Of a stretch of 39,098 nucleotides of DNA, positions 1 to 8,755 are shown in pieces. Below the pieces are notes generated by a model. The model saw only the letters and a list, made by a program, of their open reading frames with translations, had not been told where the DNA came from and searched no databases. Position numbers and translations under genes: made by a program. Positions within the stretch are counted from its first letter, which is position 1. The number at the start of each line of letters is the position of its first letter. Source of the stretch: Lentisphaeria bacterium (GTDB lineage: Bacteria > Verrucomicrobiota > Lentisphaeria > Victivallales > UBA1829); assembly GCA_019408975.1 (NCBI GenBank), contig DXVA01000005.1, forward strand, positions 1-39,098, in the 5' to 3' direction.

Positions 1-966
1 CCGCCGGACTGGATGACGAAACGCGATGCGGCGGAGGCGGAGCGTCTGCGCTGTGTGTTTGCCCCCGCCTCCCTGATTCTTGCCGTGGAGGAACTTCTGC
101 TGGAAAACGGAGTGGATGTCTGGTATGATACGCTCGCCGTCAGTGTCTGCAAAGATGGAAGGTATTTGCAGACTCTGAGCGTGGAAAATACGGACGGGCG
201 TTCCGAAATCCACGCGAAAGCTTTTGTGGACGCCACCGGCGGCGCGTATCTGTCGCGCATGGCGGGCGAGGAGGTTTTCTTTGCCGGAAACGTGCTGTCG
301 TTCTGGACACTTGAATATGAAGGAAAGCGTCTTCCCGGACGTGACCGCATGGCGCCGGAAATCAATATGCTTGCGCGCGGCAATGCCGATCGGACTTTTA
401 CTGCGCCGACCGCAAAGGATGTGAGCCGCTACATGCTGGAAACACGTGCGATGATGCGGAATTTCTATGCCGGGGAATATTCAAAGAACGGTTATGACCG
501 TTTCTCACGCTGGCCGCTGGTCGTGCCGTCCATGCCGCAGTTCCGCAAAATTGCCGCACTGAAAGGGCATTTTGTTCTGGAATCTGGAATGGAACATCGC
601 CGTTTCGAAGATTCCATCGGTCTGGCTGCCGATTGGCGGAAAAGCGGTCCGGTCTGGGAGATTCCGTTCCGGACTCTTTGCCCGCGGGGGACGGATAATC
701 TGTTTGCCGCCGGGCGCTGCATTTCTTCGATCGGCGACGCATGGGAGATTACCCGTGTGATTCCGTGCGCCGCATTGACCGGGGAAGCCGCAGGTTATGC
801 CGCGGCGCTGCGGGCGGAAAATATGACCGCGGAACTTTCTGATTCCGTCAGGCGGCGGATGCTGGGCAATGGAAATCTGCTTCATTCAGTGAATAACCCA
901 GCCGCAGACTGCGGAGTATCGGGAAGCCGGAGCAATGACGAATGCCGGATGTTGCAATCACCGTGA
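1..966 (+). CDS. FAD-dependent oxidoreductase, 5'-partial (continues upstream of window)
   Basis: The frame is open to the window edge (PPDW precedes Met13). Motifs [13 protein letters not shown] and FAAGRCIS resemble the C-terminal half of FAD_oxidored-type flavoproteins. The N-terminal dinucleotide-binding part is absent from the window. Confidence 0.6.
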   Translation, partial: PPDWMTKRDAAEAERLRCVFAPASLILAVEELLLENGVDVWYDTLAVSVCKDGRYLQTLSVENTDGRSEIHAKAFVDATGGAYLSRMAGEEVFFAGNVLSFWTLEYEGKRLPGRDRMAPEINMLARGNADRTFTAPTAKDVSRYMLETRAMMRNFYAGEYSKNGYDRFSRWPLVVPSMPQFRKIAALKGHFVLESGMEHRRFEDSIGLAADWRKSGPVWEIPFRTLCPRGTDNLFAAGRCISSIGDAWEITRVIPCAALTGEAAGYAAALRAENMTAELSDSVRRRMLGNGNLLHSVNNPAADCGVSGSRSNDECRMLQSP

Positions 967-2514
967 TTTTTCTTCGTGATATTCCGCTTCGGTATTGATG
1001 TTCCAGAGCTGTGATTTGTCTTGGGAACCGGAGACGATCAACTTGACCGCGCTCATTGCGGAAAGCATGGAGTGGTCCATATTGTTATAACGGTGCTGCC
1101 CGTTGCGTCCGATGCAGTAGAGATTCCCGACTGTGTCGAGCCAGTTTCGGATCAGCCCGAAGTTTTCATAACTCCCGAAATAGGCGGGATAGGCTTTCCT
1201 GACTTTGATGCGGACTGAAGATGTGACGGAGGATGCGTCGAGGACTCCGATTTTTTCAAGTTCGCCCGTTGCGAAAACGATGAACTGTTGGTCGTCCATC
1301 TGCCAGAGCTCGTCTCCCTCGTTGCAGAAGTATTCGAGTCCGAGCCAGATCTTGTGAAGCGGGTCTTTCAACATATAAGGCGACCAGTTGTTGAATATCT
1401 GGAGACGCCCGATCCTGACGTCCGGTTCCTGAATGTAGATCCAGCAGTCCGGAACGATGTTGTTGATCGTCTGCAAGCCGGTTCGGTTTTTCAGTTTCAG
1501 CCGGTTCGTTTCCAGTCCGACCGTGATGAAATCCCTGTAAGGAAGTTCCGCCGCGTTCCGGTAGACATCCGGCGGGACGACATTCTGCCCGAGGCTTTCG
1601 ATCAGGTCTTTGACCGGCATGGAGGATAAAACGTAATCCGCCTGAAACGTAATCTCTTTTCCTTCCGAAACGGCTGTAACAGAAACGAGTTTTCCGTCCT
1701 TGAGCTTCATCGCGCCGACTTTCATGTTCCTGTGGATTTCCCCGCCGAGGGATTCGATCTCCTCCGCCAGTGATTCCCAGAATTGCCCGGGACCCTTTTT
1801 CGGATAGAGAAACTCATCAATCAGGGACGTTTCGACCTTTCCGTTTCCGGTGAACTTTTTCCGCAATACATTGCAGAGCAGTTCCATGATCGAGACACCC
1901 CGGATGCGCTGTGCTCCCCAGGACGCTGAAATTGCATCCGGGTTGCGCCCCCAGACTTTTTCCGTATATTTTTCGAAGAACATATGATAGAGGGGGGCGC
2001 CGAAACGGTTGATCATGAAGTCTTTCAGAGAGATTTCCTTTCTTTTGAAGCACATGGAGCAGAGGCAGCCGAATGCGGCACATGCCGTGCGGCGGATTCC
2101 CATGTTCAGAAAGGTGCGCGGCTTGAGGGATATGGGATAGTCGAAAAATTTTCTAAGATAAAGAATGCGTGAAAATCTGTTCCGAAGCAGCAATACGCGG
2201 TCTTCTGTTTCCGGGTCAGGACCGCCGGGCGCATATTTTTTGGCGGAATGCAGAAGTTTATCGTCCAGAGCGGGAAAACCCTGAACCGGCATGTGCTCTT
2301 TCCAGAAGTCCATAACTTCCCTGTTTTTGGAGAAAAAGCGGTGCCCGCCGAGATCGATCCGGTTTCCGTCATGAGATACCGTTCTGGAGATTCCGCCGAT
2401 CTCGTTTGTTTCTTCCAGAATGACGGGCTGAATGCCGGGAGCCTGTTTCAATAAACAATACGCCGCAGTCAAACCTGCCGGACCGGCTCCAATGATAATG
2501 GCTTTTTTCTTCAT
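958..2514 (-). CDS. NAD(P)/FAD-binding oxidoreductase (amine-oxidase / protoporphyrinogen-oxidase-like fold)
   Basis: 518-aa ORF with the Rossmann motif [19 protein letters not shown], then [10 protein letters not shown] and [12 protein letters not shown]. Its 3' end overlaps the convergent upstream gene by 9 nt. Confidence 0.7.
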   Translation of the reverse strand: MKKKAIIIGAGPAGLTAAYCLLKQAPGIQPVILEETNEIGGISRTVSHDGNRIDLGGHRFFSKNREVMDFWKEHMPVQGFPALDDKLLHSAKKYAPGGPDPETEDRVLLLRNRFSRILYLRKFFDYPISLKPRTFLNMGIRRTACAAFGCLCSMCFKRKEISLKDFMINRFGAPLYHMFFEKYTEKVWGRNPDAISASWGAQRIRGVSIMELLCNVLRKKFTGNGKVETSLIDEFLYPKKGPGQFWESLAEEIESLGGEIHRNMKVGAMKLKDGKLVSVTAVSEGKEITFQADYVLSSMPVKDLIESLGQNVVPPDVYRNAAELPYRDFITVGLETNRLKLKNRTGLQTINNIVPDCWIYIQEPDVRIGRLQIFNNWSPYMLKDPLHKIWLGLEYFCNEGDELWQMDDQQFIVFATGELEKIGVLDASSVTSSVRIKVRKAYPAYFGSYENFGLIRNWLDTVGNLYCIGRNGQHRYNNMDHSMLSAMSAVKLIVSGSQDKSQLWNINTEAEYHEEKSR

Positions 2515-2783
2515 TTCCGGATTTCCCGTTTCACCCTGTTTTCAAAAATAAAAATCAATATATTCCTTTTTCCTGTGATTTCAAACTGTATTTCCTGAAA
2601 TGCCTCCCATGCGCTTCCCCGCTCATGTGCCGTTCGGCATTTCAGAGACGGAGAGGAGCGGAAGATGATCTGTTTTTTGAGAAAAAACTTGCAAAACTTC
2701 AGAAGCAGGGATATGCTGTGAAGGAGCGTGAGTTTGAATACGCTGTATATGGCATTTCCGTTATAATGAAAGGCTTTGGGAAT

Positions 2784-3974
2784 ATGAAAAGATTTGCTTG
2801 CTGGATATTGCTGTTGTTTTGCATTCTTTCCGTCTGTGCGGATAAGACGGAGAGCTGGAAGATCGCCGACGGCGCCGTCTATACGAGTATCAGCCGTCCG
2901 GATGAACCGTATGAAATCCGCGTGATCCGCATCTTGCGGGAAAAGAAGGACATCGTCGTGGATATGGTAATGGCGAATGATTCTTTGCGCGGACTGGAAT
3001 GGGTCCGGACTGCGGCGGAGCGTATGGAGAAAAAAGGGCGTAAGGTGATTGCCGGAGTCAACGGAGATTTTTATTTCATGTCGAACCATGAAAAGACGGG
3101 GCTTCCGCTCGGCCCCTCTGTTTCCGGCGGGAAACTTTATACGTCCGGCACGATGAAAGGCGCTTTCTACATTGCCGGCGACGGTATTCCGCGGATCGGA
3201 ACCCTGACATTTGAAGGTTTCGTGGAATCGCAGGGGAAAAAGATTCCGTTGGACTTTTTCAATTGGGAAAACTCCAGCCGGAACGCCCGGAAAATTATTC
3301 CGCCGGACCAGGCAAAGGGGGATCAGGTCATTCTGTTTACACATGACTGGAAGTGGGCAATTCCTTATTCCGGAGTGCGCGTGAGGCTGGAGCGCCCCAT
3401 TTCGGGTACCGGCGGTTCATGGACGGGATGTGTCAGCGGCGTTTTCAAGGCGGATGAATCCGTCAGCGGAGACCCGTATGAAATTGTGCTTGCCGGAACG
3501 GGCGGAAAGCAGAATCCGGTCAATGCTTTGGATGGGCGGGTGACGATATCTTTCGGTTTCAGGGAATGCAAGCAGCCTGTCAGAACTTCGCTCGGTTCCT
3601 GGGAGGTTCTTCTCCGGAACGGCAGAATCCTGCCGCCGGATGCTCCGAAGGCGGCGCGTCATCCGCGCACGATGATCGGTTTCAACGACAGGGAACTCTT
3701 TTTCGTGACGGTGGACGGTCGTCAGAAAGGCTGGTCGAAAGGGATGCGCTCCGTGGATCAGGCGCGTCTGCTGAAAGAACTCGGATGCACCGAGGGATGC
3801 AACATCGACGGCGGCGGAAGCACGACGGCATGGGTGCGCGGAAAGTGTGTCAACCGTCCCTCCGACGGTCATATGAGGCGCAATGCCAACGCGGTGCTGA
3901 TTTCGACTGACCGTGAATTACCACCTCTGGATCGTCCGCTTGTCCTGCCTCCTCCCCGTGAAAAGAAAAAATAG
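2784..3974 (+). CDS. Secreted phosphodiester glycosidase family protein (DUF2233/NAGPA-like)
   Basis: Signal-peptide-like start MKRFACWILLLFCILSVCA at ATG 2784. Motifs GVNGDFYF and CNIDGGGSTT are typical of this family. The ORF-track start at 2625 is an upstream extension lacking these features. Confidence 0.75.
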   Translation: MKRFACWILLLFCILSVCADKTESWKIADGAVYTSISRPDEPYEIRVIRILREKKDIVVDMVMANDSLRGLEWVRTAAERMEKKGRKVIAGVNGDFYFMSNHEKTGLPLGPSVSGGKLYTSGTMKGAFYIAGDGIPRIGTLTFEGFVESQGKKIPLDFFNWENSSRNARKIIPPDQAKGDQVILFTHDWKWAIPYSGVRVRLERPISGTGGSWTGCVSGVFKADESVSGDPYEIVLAGTGGKQNPVNALDGRVTISFGFRECKQPVRTSLGSWEVLLRNGRILPPDAPKAARHPRTMIGFNDRELFFVTVDGRQKGWSKGMRSVDQARLLKELGCTEGCNIDGGGSTTAWVRGKCVNRPSDGHMRRNANAVLISTDRELPPLDRPLVLPPPREKKK

Positions 3975-4425
3975 AACACGGTTCGATCGGCTGATCTCTC
4001 CTGATCCGGCGCCATTCTTCTTATCAGAAACGGAAAACGGAACGTCGAATGTCATTGCTGCCGCATCTCAAACGCTTCAGGACAATTTGAAAACCATTCA
4101 AGAATCGGAAGACAAGATCAAAGATATGTTTTTATCTGGCCTGGTTACACAGGAAAATAAGGATTATTGGAACAAGGATTTGTCATCTGTCCGTAATTCC
4201 GGAAAAGAATTGAACAAAGAGAAGCGGATATCGAATCAGCCTTGAAACCAGCAGATGAAGAGCTTTTCAATACAATTCTGAAAACAATATCCCACTGGAA
4301 TGATGTGCTGTCAAAACTACCCGATGATTATTCTGTCAAAAGAAATCTTGTTATGACGATTCAGAAAGATATTCAATGTATATCAAAAGGTAAGTTTGAT
4401 ATCAATGTGGTTATGTCTAAGAGTA

Positions 4426-4447
4426 TAAAATGGTGCGCCCACAAGGA
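4426..4447. repeat. Distal att-type direct repeat (copy of the tRNA-Lys 3' end)
   Basis: TAAAATGGTGCGCCCACAAGGA is identical over 22 nt, and in the same orientation, to 30138-30159, which overlaps the 3' end of tRNA-Lys. Confidence 0.9.
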
Positions 4448-4470
4448 ATATTCCAACTTTTTTTCTTGAA

Positions 4471-4500
4471 CTAAAAAGAAACATAAAGTTTTCTTTTTAG
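4471..4500. repeat. 11-bp perfect inverted repeat just inside the distal island end
   Basis: CTAAAAAGAAA, an 8-nt loop, then TTTCTTTTTAG. It lies 24 bp from the att repeat. A similar TTTTCTTTAGA string sits at 30118-30130 near the other end. Confidence 0.5.
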
Positions 4501-4843
4501 ACTCAAAAGTATCATATTTGGCTCTTTGCTGTGTTCGGAAAGCAACATTGCCAAACGGCACTTTTTACCACTTTCAATCCTCAAAATGGCACCGATTGAC
4601 ACCTCCTCTTAAGAGCCTCATATCCGGGCACCATATCCTCAAAGCTGCACAAAGTGCCACTTATTACCATTTCAATCAGCTTTCATCCCCTTACAACACT
4701 CTCAATATACTCCCCTGTCGTATAGATTGCAAATCCCATTAATAATTTTTCAGGGGATGCGAGCTTTGTATCACTTTCAAAATTTTAAAACATATTTAAA
4801 TTCAAATAATGTAAAATGAAAAAACTAACGAATAAATTACCAC

Positions 4844-4879
4844 AAAAACAGGCAAGTCATAAAACACTTGCCTGTTTTT
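4844..4879. terminator. Bidirectional rho-independent terminator
   Basis: AAAAACAGGCAAGT, loop cataaaac, then ACTTGCCTGTTTTT. The stem is at least 10 bp and is flanked by an A-run and a T-run. It lies 28 bp downstream of the stop of the 497-aa gene. Confidence 0.8.
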
Positions 4880-4906
4880 GAAATGTAGTATACTGCAAAT
4901 TCAAGT

Positions 4907-6400
4907 TCAAGATTGCGGAAAATACTGATTATAAAAATGGGGTATAGCAATATTATTTTCTTCTGCCAACTTTCTCAATTCATCGGGAGTAATTTCCCTG
5001 ACTTTCATATCTGACAGAAGAGTTCCCGGGTACATCATTCCATCCCAATTATAATCACATTTTACTCTTTGGGCTGACGTTATCAACAGGAAACGGGCAG
5101 CTGTCTTTTCACGTTCAGAAATTGTTGCAGGAAAAAATTTCATTGCAAAGGCAATATCCTGTTTCGAGGCGGAGTCTATGAGAATATATCTGTCCTGCAC
5201 CAGCAAATGGCTATCATTCAAACTGCTGCGATTGAAAGTATCGAGATATTCAGAATCGTCAATCACACAGACTGCAACAATAGATGTATCAGAAAAACTC
5301 ATCCTCATTATTCCTGGATTATGCGATATAATTACATGCAAGGTGGACAAGTTTTCAATGCGATCCTCACCCCATAACGGCATCTCAGAACAACTTGGCG
5401 GCGGGGTATATAGCTTCGTTGCAACAGTATTATTTTTACTGCGGCAGATATAACTGCACGGCAGGAGAAGAGTTTTTTCTCCAACCGGAACCATTTCAAT
5501 CCGGTAAGTTTCGGGGTTCAACCCTCGAATTTTGCAAATATCAAACTGCTTCCCATATTTGATTGTTTCCGGAGGCAAAATCATTTTTTGGGGCGTGTGG
5601 TCTTTATGTGGATTCGATAAATACATCAACTTCCACTTCTGTGCAATATCGTATTTTTCATCCAATATTTTAGCTATTTCATATTCCTCTTCATAAAAAC
5701 CGTATCCATCCATTCCGTAAGCAGCTAAAGTCTCATCAGGAAGCAGATAACGCAAAAATAAAAAAGGGGTTTTCCATGGAACGCTTCCCACAAAACCTGT
5801 CGGTGTATCTTCTTTCTTTACTTGCGGATCTCCTGTGAAAAAATAATTGAATGGAAAGTTACTTTGCACTATTGGACAATCAACCTGAATGCCAAAATCG
5901 AAATAATAACCTTTATTTTTGTGTCTATATTGAAATAAACTATCAATTTCTCCACTGGTCTGGTTATTTATCATACAATCATAAATGAACTCATTAACAC
6001 GGGACATCTGGATAATTCTACCGGATTGTTCCCAGTCACAATTCATCACAAACAGTTTCTGGGAGGAGAGTTCCTTGCAAACGGTTTCAAGTAATTCTTG
6101 AGGACTACTCCTTTTTAAGCTTCTTTCCTGTATCAGTCTCTCATATTTAGCTTCTTCCTGTTTTCTGAACTGGCGGTCGATAGCGGAAAGATCCAGTACT
6201 ATTGGTCTGGGAGGAATATAATGTCCACTTGGAGGTTGAACATATTCCCACTTGCCTGTTTCATGATTATAACTTTTCTGTGCCATTGTATTTTCCTGTG
6301 CTCCTGGAGTTTTTTGTGCCATTGTCACGCCTCTGTTCATTTCTTTGAAGTAAATTGTATTATCGTAAAGTTGGATCTCAATACCGCCATGTTTGTTCAC
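4907..6400 (-). CDS. Hypothetical protein, AT-rich orphan (497 aa)
   Basis: Long uninterrupted ORF in a visibly AT-rich segment. I recognise no motif. It starts 43 bp downstream of the SSF transporter stop on the same strand and is followed by a strong terminator. The start codon is uncertain because several in-frame Met lie near the N-terminus. Confidence 0.6.
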   Translation of the reverse strand: MNKHGGIEIQLYDNTIYFKEMNRGVTMAQKTPGAQENTMAQKSYNHETGKWEYVQPPSGHYIPPRPIVLDLSAIDRQFRKQEEAKYERLIQERSLKRSSPQELLETVCKELSSQKLFVMNCDWEQSGRIIQMSRVNEFIYDCMINNQTSGEIDSLFQYRHKNKGYYFDFGIQVDCPIVQSNFPFNYFFTGDPQVKKEDTPTGFVGSVPWKTPFLFLRYLLPDETLAAYGMDGYGFYEEEYEIAKILDEKYDIAQKWKLMYLSNPHKDHTPQKMILPPETIKYGKQFDICKIRGLNPETYRIEMVPVGEKTLLLPCSYICRSKNNTVATKLYTPPPSCSEMPLWGEDRIENLSTLHVIISHNPGIMRMSFSDTSIVAVCVIDDSEYLDTFNRSSLNDSHLLVQDRYILIDSASKQDIAFAMKFFPATISEREKTAARFLLITSAQRVKCDYNWDGMMYPGTLLSDMKVREITPDELRKLAEENNIAIPHFYNQYFPQS

Positions 6401-6443
6401 GATACTCCGGAATGATCAGCTTTGAAATCCGGTACTTTGCCTA

Positions 6444-8717
6444 TTAACTTTCAGGTGTCGATTGATTCAGGATCTGTCCGTTGTCGTCGGGGTCCTCGAC
6501 GCGTTTTTCGAGGTCGATGAAGAGCTGACGGGCGTCACGGATGCCGCCGATCAGGAACCAGACCGTCGAGATGACTCCCACGATACCCGGAATGACCAGC
6601 GCCGTAATGAAAAACTTGATCGTCCACCACTCGTGCGGCCACGGGTAGATTGCGTTCCAGACCACAATCGAAAGGAAGACGACCCCGATCTGGTAGACAA
6701 TCGAATAGCCGAAGACCGAATAAGCGATGATCTTGTCCCCGAGCGTATATTCTTTCGTGATGCCGATGATTCTGCTGAAGACATTCCGGAGCGTCCAGCG
6801 TTCTTTCGGCGGCTCGGGAGCGTCCGCATAGATACCGCGGTGCAGAAGTTTGTCAAGATCGTAAGGCTTGTAGGTGAGGTATGAGCCGACGATGTAGCCG
6901 CCGACGGAGAGGACCATGGATATGAAGTAAATCTCGAACGAATTGATCGGGAACTTGACGGGGTCCATGCTCCATGCGATCCACGGGTTGAACGGCGAGG
7001 AGACCGTTTCGAGGAAGGAGTTCAGCGTCTCGACCATGCCGACCTGTTCCAGCATGGGGTAGATGCTTTGCGCCCAGTTGCGCTGGAGAATCAGTCCGAG
7101 CAGGGAAGTGCCCGACCCGAAAATGATCGCGCACCATGCGCCGGTCAGATTTCCGAAACGGCTGTAAAGTCCGAAGACCATGATCGGGCCCGCGCCGCCG
7201 AGCCATACCGCGCACATGATCGTCGTGAACATGTTGATGTAGTCCAGCTGGGCGAAGAAAACCGACACGATCAGGAAAAAGACCGCCACACCGACGCTCG
7301 TCAGGCGCAGGAGAAGCAGATGTTTTTTCTGGTCCAGATGCCCTTTGAACATCGGCAGGATCACGTCCTGCATCAGCGTCGAGGAGGCGTTGAAAATGCG
7401 GCTGTCGTCCGTGGAGATCAGCAGCATGACCATCAGGAGGCAGAACAGCCCGAGCATTCCCACCGGGAAGATTTTGCTGACCACGGACGGCATCATCATC
7501 TGCTGGTAAAGCGAACGGTATTTCTGGAACTGATAGCGCGCCTCGGGCGTGTCTCCGAGCGTGTTCCGCACCGCGTTGAAATAAGGCGTATCGGGATTTT
7601 TCTGCTGGGAAAGCGGCTGTTCCCACTCCTTTGCCGTGAAGGTTTCCGGAATCCGGTGAATCTCATCCATGACCTTCGTTCTGACCGTCTGGTCGGGAAT
7701 GACACTGTCCAGAATCTTCGCGGAGAGTTCCTGCCGGATCTCCGTGCTGGTGACCTTGAATTTATTGCCGGAATGCGTGAAATGCGGACTCGTCATGAAC
7801 ACGATCACCACAATCGCCAGCAGCAGGATCATCATATAGGAAAAACCGTTCTTCCAGGCGCCGAGCACGCCCGCCATCTTCTGCTCGTGAGGCGTCCTGC
7901 CGGTCCCGCTGGTATCGTTCCCGATCCAGCCCGCACGGTTCAGGACGGAACCGAGCAGAGTCACGATCAACGCGAAAATATTGAAATCGCGAAGCTGCGA
8001 GATGTCATACGGATTCATGAAACTCTGCCCCGGAACACGGTTCCACATGACCGGCGCAATGTCGTTCGTCCACGAGAAATTCAGGATGATGTATCCCACG
8101 ATGACCACGAAAATCGGGTAGCTGAGAAGTCCCTGGAAACAGTCCGTAATCAGAAGGGAAATGCGCCCGCTCGGCCAGATGAACACCATCGCAAGGCACA
8201 GGCAGAGCGTCACGATGATCACGTAACACGGCAGATTGATCCCCATGATCGTAACCCGGTGCGGAAGACCGAGGTAGTAGATGAAAAAATTCGTCGCGAT
8301 GGCGGGCCCGATGGCGTTCGTGACCATCTCCGCAACCGTGCGCAGAACCGCACAGAAAACACGGAAAAACTTGCTCCCGTAACGCAGTTCGAGGAACTGC
8401 CCCATGGAGAGACAACGTGTTTCGCGCCAGCGGTACAGACAATATCCGGTCAATGCCATGAATACGCCGACGGGAGCCGTAATCGCCCCCCAGAAACTCA
8501 CCGCGAACCCGGTCTGGTAATACTGCTCCGCCCCTGCGACGAGCGTAATCACGGACAATCCCGCGGTCATATCCCCGACAGACATCACATACCGTCCCGC
8601 GATCCGCCCCGCCGCAAGGAAATCCACCACGCCCCGCGCATACTTCCGCGAATAGACCGACACCCAGATCAGCAACACGATCGGGACGATTACAATCAAC
8701 CAATCAAACCATTTCAT
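6444..8717 (-). CDS. Sodium:solute symporter (SSF) family transporter with a large hydrophilic insertion
   Basis: 757 aa with many hydrophobic helices. The N-terminus MKWFDWLIVIVPIVLLIWVSVYSRKYARGVVDFLAAGR is typical of SSF. A polar loop of about 100 aa spans residues ~311-411. Confidence 0.85.
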   Translation of the reverse strand: MKWFDWLIVIVPIVLLIWVSVYSRKYARGVVDFLAAGRIAGRYVMSVGDMTAGLSVITLVAGAEQYYQTGFAVSFWGAITAPVGVFMALTGYCLYRWRETRCLSMGQFLELRYGSKFFRVFCAVLRTVAEMVTNAIGPAIATNFFIYYLGLPHRVTIMGINLPCYVIIVTLCLCLAMVFIWPSGRISLLITDCFQGLLSYPIFVVIVGYIILNFSWTNDIAPVMWNRVPGQSFMNPYDISQLRDFNIFALIVTLLGSVLNRAGWIGNDTSGTGRTPHEQKMAGVLGAWKNGFSYMMILLLAIVVIVFMTSPHFTHSGNKFKVTSTEIRQELSAKILDSVIPDQTVRTKVMDEIHRIPETFTAKEWEQPLSQQKNPDTPYFNAVRNTLGDTPEARYQFQKYRSLYQQMMMPSVVSKIFPVGMLGLFCLLMVMLLISTDDSRIFNASSTLMQDVILPMFKGHLDQKKHLLLLRLTSVGVAVFFLIVSVFFAQLDYINMFTTIMCAVWLGGAGPIMVFGLYSRFGNLTGAWCAIIFGSGTSLLGLILQRNWAQSIYPMLEQVGMVETLNSFLETVSSPFNPWIAWSMDPVKFPINSFEIYFISMVLSVGGYIVGSYLTYKPYDLDKLLHRGIYADAPEPPKERWTLRNVFSRIIGITKEYTLGDKIIAYSVFGYSIVYQIGVVFLSIVVWNAIYPWPHEWWTIKFFITALVIPGIVGVISTVWFLIGGIRDARQLFIDLEKRVEDPDDNGQILNQSTPES

Positions 8718-8755
8718 ACAACTTTTTCTTTTGATTTTCTATTGTTCGCTAGCAT

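Noticed and set aside
3913-4469. Two overlapping small ORFs (110 and 75 aa) in the AT-rich stretch left of the distal att repeat. The second reads through the repeat (…KWCAHK…).
   Set aside because: The first ORF has no plausible start after the end of the upstream gene. The two are in different frames, have no RBS and match no recognisable family. This is most likely decayed remnant DNA at a tRNA-Lys integration hotspot, but a frameshifted pseudogene cannot be excluded without homology searches.
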